From contig CAVPCU010000008.1 of the NCBI GenBank assembly GCA_963702575.1, positions 16,451 to 80,450 on the forward strand: a stretch of 64,000 nucleotides of DNA, given 5' to 3'. A model generated the notes under the pieces. It was given only the letters and a program-made list of their open reading frames with translations, had not been told where the DNA came from and did no database searches. The position numbers and the translations under genes are program-made. Positions within the stretch are counted from its first letter, which is position 1. Every line of letters starts with the position of its first letter. This document shows, in pieces, positions 42,965 to 52,917 of this stretch. The DNA comes from an uncultured Solirubrobacterales bacterium. GTDB taxonomy: Bacteria > Actinomycetota > Thermoleophilia > Solirubrobacterales > 70-9.

Positions 42965-44209
42965 TTATTGTAGGTCGTCGCGGAGGGCCAGCAGGCGGTC
43001 GGCGAAGGCGTTGTAGTTGGCGCCCGCCTCGAAGCGCCGGCGGAAGCGGGCGCGCACCTCCTCGGGGTCGAAGCGGCCCGGCTCGAGCGCCGCCCGCAGG
43101 CCCGCGGCGACCCCCTCCGGCCCCTCTCCGGGAGCCAGCAGGACGCCGGTCTCCGCGCCGACGATCTCGCCCACGCCGCCGGCCTCGACGGCGACGATCG
43201 GGACGCCGTAGCTCTGCGCCTCCATCATCGAGACCGGCAGGCCCTCGGAGAGGCTGAGCGAGAGCAGCGCGTCGACGTGCTCGGCCGCGTAGAGGTCGAG
43301 CACGTCGCGGTTGTCGACGTGGCCGCGCAGCTCCCAGGCCGCGCCGGGGCCCTCGCGACCGAGCAGGCGCTCCGCCGCGGCGGCGACGCGCGCCCGCTCG
43401 GGCCCGTCGCCGAGGTGGATCCAGCGGACCGGGGCACCCAGCCGCGCCAGCGCCTCGGGGACGAGGTGGATGCGCTTCTGCGGGTCGAGCCGCGCGCAGG
43501 TGAGGACCAGCGGCGGGGCGCCGCTCGCCCGCGGCGGGCCGGCGCGCCCCGGGTCGGCGACGCCGAGGCGCTGCACGGCGATCTTCTCCGCCTGCGCCGG
43601 GATGCGCTCGCCGAGGTAGGCGGCGCCGAAGTCCGAGACGGCGAAGATCGCGTCGAGGCCGCGCGCCTTCGCCCCGCGGAAGGGGACCGCCAGCCCGCCC
43701 CAGCGCTCGTCGTAGAGGTCGAACCCGTGCACCCGCGAGACAGCGATGCGGATCGCGCCCGACTCGCGCAGGAGCGCCAGCGCGAGCGTGCTGTTCTCGA
43801 ACCAGTAGTCGTAGAAGACGGCGCCGGCGAGGCCGCGCTCGCCGACGAACCGCGCCAGCGAGCGGCGCTTGAGCAGGTTGCGGGCGAGGTTGTCGAGGTA
43901 GCGGCGCGGGGGCGGCGCCCGCCGGCCGCCGACCTCGGCGCGCGAGCTGCGCAGCAGCACCGAGGCCGCCTCGCGGGTGGCGAGGGCGCGCCGCAGCGAG
44001 CCGCGGGCGGGCCGCTCGAGCCAATCCATCTCGACCAGCTCGACGTTGGCCGGCAGCGCCCGCGTGCCGGGCTCGCGGCGCGAGGGCAGGACGTAGACGC
44101 GGCGGAAGCGCTCCGCCAGCACGCCGATCTCGGCCTCGAGGAAGGTCTCGGCCTCGTTGCCGAACGGGTAGGCGAGCGTCAGCAGGACGAGGTCGGTCGC
44201 GGCGCTCAT
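42965..44209 (-). CDS. glycosyltransferase family 4
   Basis: ...LLSLSLSEGLPVSMMEAQSYGVPIVAVEAGGVGEIV... The ATG at 44209 overlaps the upstream TGA (ATGA). Confidence 0.8.
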   Translation of the reverse strand: MSAATDLVLLTLAYPFGNEAETFLEAEIGVLAERFRRVYVLPSRREPGTRALPANVELVEMDWLERPARGSLRRALATREAASVLLRSSRAEVGGRRAPPPRRYLDNLARNLLKRRSLARFVGERGLAGAVFYDYWFENSTLALALLRESGAIRIAVSRVHGFDLYDERWGGLAVPFRGAKARGLDAIFAVSDFGAAYLGERIPAQAEKIAVQRLGVADPGRAGPPRASGAPPLVLTCARLDPQKRIHLVPEALARLGAPVRWIHLGDGPERARVAAAAERLLGREGPGAAWELRGHVDNRDVLDLYAAEHVDALLSLSLSEGLPVSMMEAQSYGVPIVAVEAGGVGEIVGAETGVLLAPGEGPEGVAAGLRAALEPGRFDPEEVRARFRRRFEAGANYNAFADRLLALRDDLQ

Positions 44210-44910
44210 CTGCGCAGGCGCCGCACTCGCGCGGCGATCCGCGCCCGCAGCGGGACGCGCCGCGGCGGCAGCGGGGTGAAGCGCCCGACGCCGGCCCGCG
44301 GGCGCAGCACGGCGGCGACGTAGTCGCCCTCGCGCACCCAGACCGAGTACGTCTCGAGGCGGTCGAGGTAGAGCCCGTGCGGGTAGGCGTTGGCGAGCAG
44401 GAGGTCGGCGTGGATCGGCTGGTCGACGATCTGCAGCCTCTCCGGGTGGTGCTCGCGACACCACTCGAGATAGTGGGGGCTGGGGTAGTTGAGCAGGACG
44501 ACGCCGTCACGCTCGACCCAGGCGGCGACGCGCTCGAACAGCGCCGGGTGGCGCTCCAGCGGGATGTGCTCGACGATGTCGGGCAGGACGACGAAGTCGA
44601 AGCGGCCCTCGATCTCGGCCTCGAGCACGTCGACGGCCTCGAGGCGCAGGTTGGCGACGCCCTGCAGGCGTCCGCGGGCGGCCTCGATGCTGGCCGGGCT
44701 GAGGTCGACCGCGACCACCGAGCCTTGCGGGCCGACCGCGGCGGCGATCAGGCCGGTGAGGGTGCCGACGCCGCAGCCGATCTCCAGCACGGTGCGGCCC
44801 GGGCGCAGGCCGAGCGCCCGCAGCCGGGCGAGGATCGCCTGGTGGCGTTCGTTGACGCCGACGCCGGTCTGGCGGCCGACGTAGGCGTCGTAGAAGCCGG
44901 TGACGTCCAT
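44206..44910 (-). CDS. class I SAM-dependent methyltransferase
   Basis: Motif I VLEIGCGVGTLTG; post-I VVAVDLS; DFVVLPDIVEHI. Confidence 0.85.
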   Translation of the reverse strand: MDVTGFYDAYVGRQTGVGVNERHQAILARLRALGLRPGRTVLEIGCGVGTLTGLIAAAVGPQGSVVAVDLSPASIEAARGRLQGVANLRLEAVDVLEAEIEGRFDFVVLPDIVEHIPLERHPALFERVAAWVERDGVVLLNYPSPHYLEWCREHHPERLQIVDQPIHADLLLANAYPHGLYLDRLETYSVWVREGDYVAAVLRPRAGVGRFTPLPPRRVPLRARIAARVRRLRR

Positions 44911-44919
44911 CGCCGCGCC

Positions 44920-46194
44920 CTACGCCCCGACGGCCTGCGGGCGCAGCCGCGGCGTCTCGGCCGCGGCGGCGGGCTGGCGGCGCTCCGCCGGCCTCCAGAG
45001 GACGACGACCAGGCAGATGAACAGCGAGACGATCTGCACGCGGTAGCGGAACGCCGTGCCGGCGTTGCCGGCGCTGAGCGAGTAGGCGACGAGCAGGAAG
45101 AAGGCCAGGTAGATCAGCGGCCCGGCGCGGGCCATGATCCGGCCGCGGTTGCGGAACAGGCTCCTGATCAGCAGGAAGAGGGCGGTGTAGGCGGCCGCCG
45201 TGCCGAGCAGGCCGAGGCCCTGGCTGATGTTCCCGAGCTGCCAGGGGAAGGGTCGCAGGAGGACGTCGAGCGAGCGGCTGGGCAGGTTCTTGACGATCGC
45301 CCCGCGGGTCGAGAAGTCGACCTGTTCGAGCTTCAGGTTGGAGCTGTCGGTGGCGTTCGCTTCCTGGGAGCCCTGGAGGTTCTTTTCGAGGCTTTCGTTG
45401 GTCGAGGCCTTGAGCACCGTGGGCGCGGCGATCGCGCCGAAGAGGATGACGAGGGCGACCAGGGCGAGTGAGCGCATCGCGCCGCGGTTCTCCGGCCGCA
45501 GCCCGGCATGGAGGACGGTCGCGGCGCCGGCGGCGATCAGGAACCAGCCGGCGTAGTGGCGGGTGGCGACCGCGATCAGGCAGCCGGCGACGACCGGGAT
45601 GAGGGCGCGGGGTTCGCCGCGCTTCCAGATCTTCGCCCCGCCGAGCGCGACCAAACCGATCGCCAGCATCATGTTCGCCTCTTTGTGCAGCAGGCTGGAG
45701 AAGAAGATGCTCGCCGGTTCGAAGGCGAGCAGCCACATCGCCAGCACCGACGCCCTTGGCCCGGCGAGCTCGTAGACCGCGGCCGCCAGCAGCACCAGGC
45801 CGATCGTCGCGATGCCGACCTGGGTCACCCGCATCGCCAGTTCGGGCGAGCCGAGGAGGCTGCGCTGCACCGCGAGGGTGAAGACGTGGAGTTCGTTCAG
45901 CAGCGCGTGCGTCCATTCGCCCGAGCCGAATGGCGTGCGCACGATCTTCGCGGCGTGGTCGAGGAAGGTGACCTCGTCGCCGCCGCGCAGGGTCTGCGCC
46001 ACCGGGGTGAGCGAGATCAGCCCGCCGGCGATCACCCGCACCGAGAAGGCGACGAAAACCGCCGGCCCGATCGCGAACCCCGGCCTGGTGCGGCGCAGGC
46101 GGCCGACCAGCAGCGCGACGACCCCGCCCAGCAGGCCGATCGTCGCCAGCGTCACCAGCGTGTCGTGAAGGCTCTGATCGACGGTCGGGCCCAT
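44920..46194 (-). CDS. polytopic membrane protein, function unknown (candidate polymerase/flippase-type component of the glycan locus)
   Basis: 424-aa ORF with ~10 hydrophobic segments and an extracytoplasmic loop (KASTNESLEKNLQGSQEANATDSSNLKLEQ). I recognise no diagnostic motif. Confidence 0.6.
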   Translation of the reverse strand: MGPTVDQSLHDTLVTLATIGLLGGVVALLVGRLRRTRPGFAIGPAVFVAFSVRVIAGGLISLTPVAQTLRGGDEVTFLDHAAKIVRTPFGSGEWTHALLNELHVFTLAVQRSLLGSPELAMRVTQVGIATIGLVLLAAAVYELAGPRASVLAMWLLAFEPASIFFSSLLHKEANMMLAIGLVALGGAKIWKRGEPRALIPVVAGCLIAVATRHYAGWFLIAAGAATVLHAGLRPENRGAMRSLALVALVILFGAIAAPTVLKASTNESLEKNLQGSQEANATDSSNLKLEQVDFSTRGAIVKNLPSRSLDVLLRPFPWQLGNISQGLGLLGTAAAYTALFLLIRSLFRNRGRIMARAGPLIYLAFFLLVAYSLSAGNAGTAFRYRVQIVSLFICLVVVLWRPAERRQPAAAAETPRLRPQAVGA

Positions 46195-46262
46195 CTCAGG
46201 CGTGACGCAGCCGGGTTCGGTGCACGGACGTAAATCCGGCTGGAGGTCCCGCTAAGTATCCA

Positions 46263-46268
46263 TATAAT
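46263..46268 (+). promoter_or_regulatory. TATAAT -10-like hexamer directly upstream of the Wzz/BY-kinase gene (near-leaderless; GTG at 46278 may be the real start)
   Basis: ccaTATAATcgcTTGtctGTG in an otherwise GC-rich context. Confidence 0.3.
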
Positions 46269-46271
46269 CGC

Positions 46272-47853
46272 TTGTCTGTGACCGAGTCACGACAGGAGGG
46301 GCTGGATCTCCGCCACTGGGGACGACTGATCTGGCGCCGAAAGTGGCTGCTGCTCGCGATCGTCGTCGCGCTGCCGGCGGCCGTCTACCTCGCCGCCTCG
46401 CAGCTGCCCAAGACCTACCAGTCCAAAGCGACGATCGACGTACAGGCGACCGCCGGCGCCTCGCCCCTGTCGTTCAGCCAGGTCAGCTCCAAAGCCTCGA
46501 TCGCCGAGGCGCAGACGCTGATCAAGACCGCGCCGGTGACGCGGCGGGCGGCGCGGCTGCTCGGCCTGCCGCCGGCGGCCGGGCGGGGGCTGGCCGGCCA
46601 CATCTCCGTGGCGCCGACCAACCCGGCGGAAAGCGACGGCAGCTTCCTCAACATCACCGCCCAGGACTCCAACCCGGTGAGGGCCGCGGAAATCGCCAAC
46701 GCCTTCGCCCAGGCGCTCGGGCAGGCTCGCATCGACGACCTCGATCCAGCAGATCGATCGCACGATCGCCGCCCTGCGCCACGAGGGCGCCTCTGGGGTC
46801 GGCGGCGAATCGGCCGCCAACGCGCTCGCCCTGCAGCTGCAGGAACTGCGCACCCTGCGGGCCGGACAGGGCGAAACGACCACGATCGTCGAAGCCGCGG
46901 TGCCGGTCGGGGCGCCGATCTCGCCGCAGACCGAAAAAGGACGCCGTCATCGCCCTGATCCTCGCCCTGCTGATCGCCGCGGCGCTGGCGCCCCTGCTCG
47001 ACCGGCTCGACCGCCGCATCCGCGAGCCCGGCGAGCTGGAGGAGCTGCTCGAGGCGCCGGTGCTGGCGACGATCCCCGACGACGCCTTCCCCGGCCACCC
47101 GCCCGGCGCCCACGTGCGCGAGTCCTTCCAGACGCTGCGCGCCAGCCTCACCTACTTCAACGTCGACCGCTCGCTCGCGCAACCTGGTGGTCGCCAGCCC
47201 GATCCAGCAGGACGGCAAGACGACGGTCGCGATCAACCTGGCGCTCGCCTACGCGCTCGACGAACGCGACGTGGTGCTGATCGACGGCGACATGCGCCGC
47301 CCCCAGGTGGCGGCCCGGCTGGGCAAGGAGGCGAGCGTCGGGCTCGAGTCGGTCCTGGTCGGCGCGAAGGCGCTGGAGGAGGCGTTCGTCTACGTCGACA
47401 CCGGCGCCGGCCGCCTGCGCCTGCTGCCCGGCGTCGACGCCGCCGCCCAACCCGGCCGTGCTGCTCGGCTCCCAGCGGATGCGCACCCTGATCGCCGAAC
47501 TGACCGAGCAGGTCGACATGGTCGTGATCGACACCCCCGGCCTGCTCGCGGTCAGCGACGCGATCCCGCTGTTCAGCCAGGTCGCCGGCAGCATCATCGT
47601 CTCGCGCCTCGACCGCACCCCGAGGGACGCCGTGCGGCGCGCCAGGCAGGTGATCGTCTCCGCCGGCGGCACCGTGCTCGGCGGCGTCGCCACCGGCGCC
47701 CGCGCCGGCGGGATGTACGGCTACTACGGGTACTACGGCTACGACGGCGGCGAGAACGGCAGCGGCAAGGCTCGAGTCGCCGCAACGGCACCGGCCGCCT
47801 CCGCGGCCTCGCACGGGACTCCGCCGAAAGAGCTACCGCTGAGCTCGCGGTAG
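46272..47853 (+). pseudogene. Wzz-domain + BY-kinase (polysaccharide co-polymerase/tyrosine autokinase), broken by four +1 frameshifts
   Basis: Successive frames 0,1,2,0,1 read: Wzz TM KWLLLAIVVALPAAVYL; IQQIDRTIAALR...; KDAVIALILALLIAAALAPLL...; NLVVASPIQQDGKTTVAINLA (Walker A) with VVLIDGDMRRP; and PNPAVLLGS..MVVIDTPG (Walker B) with the Tyr cluster GMYGYYGYYGYDGG. Junctions at ~46745, ~46935, ~47180, ~47445. Confidence 0.7.
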
Positions 47854-48987
47854 AGGGCGTCGACGTCGTGGAGGAGGCGGGCGGCGCCGTAGCGCTCGAG
47901 CGCCCGGGGGCGGGCGGCGCGGCCGTAGGCCTGCCGGCGCGCCTCGTCGCCGGCCAGCTCGACGATCGCCGCGGCCAGGGCCGCGGCATCGCCGGGGGGC
48001 ACGAGCGTCCCGGTCTCCTCGGCGACGACCTCGCGCACGCCGCCGACGTCGGTGGCGACGGCCGGCAGCCCGGCCGCCGCGGCTTCGATCAGCGAGACCG
48101 GCGTGCCCTCGTTCTCGGAGGAGAGGACGGCGAGGTCAGCCGCGGCGAAGAACGGCCGCAGCTCGCGCCGGTAGCCGAGGAAGCGAACGTCGGCGGCGAT
48201 GCCGAGCTCGGCGGCGCGGCGCTCGAGGCCCGGGCGCTCCTCGCCGTCGCCGATCAGGGCCAGCCGCAAGCGCGGATCCGAGCGCCGCGCCGCGCGCCAG
48301 CGCGTCGAGGAGCACGTCGAGACGCTTGATCGGGACGACCCGGCCGACGAAGACGAGCAGGACGTCTTCGTCGCCGATGCCCAGCTCCGCGCGCGTGGCG
48401 GCCCGCAGGCCCTCGGCGGGCGCGGCCAAGCGAGTCGAGGTCGAGGCCGAGCGGCAGGACGCGTGAACTTCTCGCGCGGCGCGACACCGAGGCGCACGAG
48501 GTCGTCGACGGTCGCCTGGCTGACGCCGATCAGGCGGTCGCTGACCCGCGCCAGGGCGCGCTCGAGCTCGAGGTAGAGCCGCGACTTGGCCGCGCCGAAG
48601 TAGCCCTCGAGCACGTGGCCGTGGTAGGTGTGGACGATCGCCGGGCGGGGGCGGACGGCGAGCGCCGCCTGGCGGCCGAGGAAGCCAGCCTTGGCGGTGT
48701 GGGTGTGGACGACGTCCGGCCTGAAAGCCCGCGCCAGGCGGATCAGCGCGAGCAGCGCCCGCGCGTCGTGCAGCCGGGCCGACAGGCTGGCGCAGCTCGG
48801 CGAGGAAGCGCATCCGCGCGCCCTCCTCCTCGGAGAGCGCCGCGAGCGAGTCCTCGCCGGGGGCGAGCGAGCCGTGGACGAGCAGGGTCTCGTAGCGGTC
48901 GGGGTCGAAGCGCCGGCCGCTGAGCAGCGCCGCCTGGTGCGCCGGCCCGCCCATGTTGAGGCGGCCGATTACGCGAAGGACGCGCAG
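47739..48987 (-). pseudogene. glycosyltransferase family 4, broken by four frameshifts; N-terminus starts at a CTG
   Basis: The pieces in order: [18 protein letters not shown].. / [48 protein letters not shown] / VLPLGLDLD / LAAPAEGLRAATRAELGIGDEDVLLVFVGRVVPIKR / RLRLALIGDGEE..SSENEGTPVSLIEAAAAGLPAV. Junctions at ~48785, ~48462, ~48432, ~48290. Confidence 0.7.
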
Positions 48988-49939
48988 GCGGCCTCCTCGT
49001 AATCGAGGAAGGTCCTGCGCAGCCCCTCGTCGAAGTCGACGGCGGGCTCGTAGCCGAGGATCTCGCGCGCCTTGCCGATGTCGGCGAGCGAGTGGCGCAC
49101 GTCGCCCGGGCGCGGATCGGTGTGCACCGACTCGATCTCGCCGGCCGACCAGCGCCGAGAGCCGGACGACGATCTCGTTGAGGCTGGTCCGTTCGCCGCA
49201 GGCGACGTTGAAGGCCTCGCCGGCGGCGCCCGGCGCGCTCGCCGCCAGCAGGTTGGCGTCGACGGCGTTGTCGACGTAGGTGAAGTCGCGCGACTGCTCG
49301 CCGTCGCCGTGGATCGACGGCTGCCCGCCCTCGAGCGCGGCGGTGATGAAGTTGGGGATCACCGCCGCGTACTGCGAGCTGGGGTCCTGGCCGGGGCCGA
49401 AGACGTTGAAGTAGCGCAGCGCGACCGTCTCCAGCCCGTAGACCTGGTGGAAGGCGCGGCAGTAGCCCTCGCCGGCGAGCTTGGAGACGGCGTAGGGGGC
49501 GATCGGCAGGGTGGGCATGTCCTCGCGCTTGGGCAGCTCGGTGCTGGCGCCGTAGAGCGAGGAGGAGGAGGCGTAGACGACCCGGCGGACGCCCTCGTCG
49601 CGCGCGGCGAGCAGCACGTTGAGGGTGCCGATGACGTTGGTCGCGTTGCTGGTCAGCGGGTCCTGGACCGAGCGCGGCACCGAGGGCAGCGCGCCGAGGT
49701 GGAAGGCGACGCTCGCAGCCGCGGACGGCGTTGTGGACGCGCTCGTAGCTCTGCAGGTCGCCCTCGATCAGCTCGACGTCCTCGATCACGTCCTCGAGGT
49801 TCGAGCGCCGGCCGGTGGCGAAGTTGTCGAGCACGCGCACGCCGTGCCCCTCGCGCAGCAGGCGCTTGACCAGATGCGACCCGATGAAGCCGCCGCCGCC
49901 GGTCACCAGCGCGACCCTCGTCCCACTCCCCGAAAACAT
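48969..49939 (-). pseudogene. NAD-dependent sugar epimerase/dehydratase (SDR), broken by two frameshifts
   Basis: [20 protein letters not shown].. (48743 frame) -> [37 protein letters not shown] (48136 frame) -> [33 protein letters not shown] (third frame, TAA at 48969). Junctions at ~49710 and ~49150. Confidence 0.7.
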
Positions 49940-49989
49940 GCCGGTATTTTAACTCGTTCCGGGCCGCACAAACGGGTATCGTCGCCCGC

Positions 49990-51877
49990 GTGTGCGGGAT
50001 CGCCGGCAAGGTCGACCGGGACGCCGGCGTCCCGGCGGCGCTGATCGAGCGGATGTGCGAGCGCCAGGCCCACCGCGGGCCCGACTCGCGCGGCCTGCAC
50101 CTCGCCGACGGCGTCGGCCTGGGGATCCAGCGGCTGCGCGTGATCGACCTCGAGACCGGCGACCAGCCCGTCTACAACGAGGACCGCTCGGTCGCCGTCG
50201 TCCTCAACGGCGAGATCTACAACTACCGCGAGCTGCGCCGCGAGCTGGAGGGCCGCGGGCACGCCTTCTCGACCCACGGCGACACCGAGACGATCGCCCA
50301 CCTCTACGAGGAGGAGGGGCCCGGCGCTGGTGCGAGCGGCTGAGCGGGATGTTCGCCTTCGCCCTCTGGGACGAGCGGCGCGCGGCGGCTGCTGATCGGC
50401 CGCGACCGGGTCGGCAAGAAGCCGCTCTTCTACTGCGAGCGGGACGGGTCGCTCGCCTTCGCCTCCGAGCTGGAGGCGCTGATGGCCGACCCGTCGATCC
50501 CGCGCGAGGTCGACCCGGCGGCGGTCGACTGCTACCTCGCCTACGGCTACGTCCAGGCGCCGCGCTCGATCTGGCGCGCGGTGCGCAAGCTGCCGCCCGC
50601 CCACACTCTGGTCTGGGAGGACGGCGCGGCGCGGGTCGAGCGCTACTGGCGGCTCGACTACGCGCGCAAGGCCGAGGCCCCGCTGCCCGAGCTCGAAGAG
50701 GAGCTGCGCCGAGCGGGTCGGCGCGGCGGTGCGGCGGCGGATGATCGCCGACGTGCCGCTGGGGGCGCTGCTCTCCGGCGGCGTCGACTCGGCCGTCGTC
50801 GTCGCCGAGATGGCCGCCGCGTCGGCGCGGCCGGTGAAGACCTTCTCGATCGGGTTCGCCCAGGAGGAGTACGACGAGCTGCCGCTCGCCCGCCTCACCG
50901 CCGAGCGCTTCGGCACCGAGCACGAGGAGTTCGTCGTCGAGCCCGACGCGATCGAGATCGTCCCCAAGCTGGTCCGCCACTACGGCGAGCCCTACGCCGA
51001 CTCCTCGGCGATCCCGAGCTTCTACCTGGCCGAGCTGACGCGGCGGCAGGTGACGGTCGCGCTCAACGGCGACGGCGGCGACGAGAGCTTCGCCGGCTAC
51101 CTGCGCTACGTCGCCAACGACCTCGGCCGCGGCCTCGACCTGGTGCCGGCGCCGCTGCGCCGCGGCGCAGCCGCGGCGGCGGCGCGCCTGCTGCGGATCG
51201 GCGACGCGCGCGGGCTGCGCAGCTACGGGCGGCGCTTCCTCACCACGATCGGCGAGGACGCGCCCGACCGCTACGCCAGCCACGTCGGCATCTTCAGCCG
51301 CGCCGAGCGCGAGGCGCTGCTCGGCGAGCCGCTGCCGGCGGCGGTCGCGCGCGAGACCGAGGAGGCGGTCGCCGGCCCCTGGCGGGCGGCGTCGGGGCGC
51401 TCGCGGCTCGACGTCCTGCTCGAGACCGACGTCGCCACCTACCTGCCGGGCGACCTGCTGGTCAAGATGGACATCGCCTCGATGGCCTACTCGCTGGAGG
51501 CGCGCTCGCCCCTGCTCGACCCCGAGCTGATGCAGTTCGCCGCCTCGCTGCCGACCTCATACAAGGCGCGGCTGGGGCGGAAGAAGTGGATCCTGCGGCG
51601 CGCCTACCGCGGCCGCGTCCCCGACGAGGTGCTCGACGGCCGCAAGCGCGGCTTCGGCGTGCCGCTCGGCGCCTGGTTCCGCGACGAGCTGCGCGGCTTC
51701 GCCCGCGACGTCCTGCTCGATCCCTCGACGCTCGAGCGCGCCGGCTTCCGCGAGGCCCCGGTCCGCGAGCTGCTCGACCTGCACGACCGCGGCGGCGCCG
51801 ACCGCTCGATGCAGATCTGGACGCTGCTGATGCTCGCCCTCTGGCAGCGCGACCTCGGCGGCGCCGCGAACGCTTAG
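49990..51877 (+). pseudogene. asnB: asparagine synthase (glutamine-hydrolysing), broken by three to four frameshifts in its first 730 nt
   Basis: MCGIAGKV.. (Ntn Cys) -> ERLSGMFAFALWDERR -> LLIGRDRVGKKPLFY..MADPSIPRE..ELEEELRRA -> VGAAVRRRMIADVPLGALLSGGVDS (PP-loop), then open to 51877. Junctions at ~50320-50336 (net +2), ~50385, ~50716. Confidence 0.75.
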
Positions 51878-52908
51878 GTCGAGGTCTCGGCCGCCGGCGC
51901 CGGCGCCGGCGCCCATTCGGGCGACTCGAGCCGGGCGACGACGGCGACGCCGGCGAGGATCAGGGTGAGCGAGCCGGCGGTCGCGAGCGGGCGCCCGAGC
52001 TGGAAGAGGACGGCGCCGGCGCCGACGAGGAAGGCCTGGCCGGCGGCGAGCGCGAGCGCCACGCGGCGCGGCGAGCCGAGCCGGGCGCGCAGGCGGTGGG
52101 TGAGGTGGTCGCGGCCCCCGACGAAGACCCCGACCCCGCGCCGGCGCCGCGAGACGATCACCAGGGCGGTGTCGAGCGCCGGCAGGCCGACGAGGACGAC
52201 GGCAAGCGGGATCAGCGCCAGGCCGAGGTGCGCGCCGCCCGGCATCGCCATGATCGTCGCGGCGAGGGTGAAGCCGACCGGCACGCTGCCGCCGTCGCCG
52301 AGGAAGATCCGCGAGGGCGAGGCGAGGTTGAAGGGCAGGAAGCCGGCGCAGGCGCCGGCCAGGGCGAGCGCGATCGCCCCCAGGGCGACGTTGCCGTCGA
52401 TCGCCGCGAGCGCGCCGAGGATCGCCGCCGAGACCAGCGCGACCGTGCCCGTCGCCCCGTCCATGTTGTCCATCAGGTTGAAGGCGTTGACGACGCCGGC
52501 GACGAATACGACCGAGAGGGCGAGGTTGAGCGGTTCGCTGGCGAAGACCGACCAGCCGATCCCGGCGGCGAAGAGGGCGCCGCCGGCCGCGAGCTCGATC
52601 GCCAGCCTGCTCAGCGGCCCGAGCCCGTAGCGGTCGTCGACGGTGCCGAGCGCCCAGAGGGCGAGGGCGCCGACGGCGATCGGCCAGAAGGCGGTCGCGG
52701 CGTGGCCGAAGAGGGCGGCCGAGAGCAGCATCGCGGCGACCACCGCGGTGCCGCCGAGGTAGGGCGTCGGCCGCGCGTGGCCCTTGTAGCCGACCGGGCG
52801 GTCGAGGAAGCCGGTGCGGCGGGCGAGGGCGATCGCCGCCGGGGTGAGCAGCAGGCTCGCGCCGCCGGCGAGCAGGAAGGCGAGCGCTAGGCGGAGGGCG
52901 GCCGGCAC
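51874..52908 (-). CDS. polyprenyl-phosphate N-acetylhexosamine-1-phosphate transferase (MraY/WecA family; initiating enzyme)
   Basis: 11-TM-like profile. Motifs DDRYGL, NAFNLMDNMDG and FLGDGGS. Confidence 0.85.
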   Translation of the reverse strand: MPAALRLALAFLLAGGASLLLTPAAIALARRTGFLDRPVGYKGHARPTPYLGGTAVVAAMLLSAALFGHAATAFWPIAVGALALWALGTVDDRYGLGPLSRLAIELAAGGALFAAGIGWSVFASEPLNLALSVVFVAGVVNAFNLMDNMDGATGTVALVSAAILGALAAIDGNVALGAIALALAGACAGFLPFNLASPSRIFLGDGGSVPVGFTLAATIMAMPGGAHLGLALIPLAVVLVGLPALDTALVIVSRRRRGVGVFVGGRDHLTHRLRARLGSPRRVALALAAGQAFLVGAGAVLFQLGRPLATAGSLTLILAGVAVVARLESPEWAPAPAPAAETST

Positions 52909-52917
52909 GGCGGCGGC

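Noticed and set aside
46740-50720. Programmed ribosomal frameshifting or transcriptional slippage as the explanation for the frame hops in the glycan genes
   Set aside because: There are up to four junctions per gene. Only one lies at a homopolymer (A5 at 46934-46938) and none has an X XXY YYZ heptamer in register. Housekeeping-type enzymes (AsnB, an SDR epimerase) are not known to use recoding. Sequence error or very recent pseudogenisation is more parsimonious.
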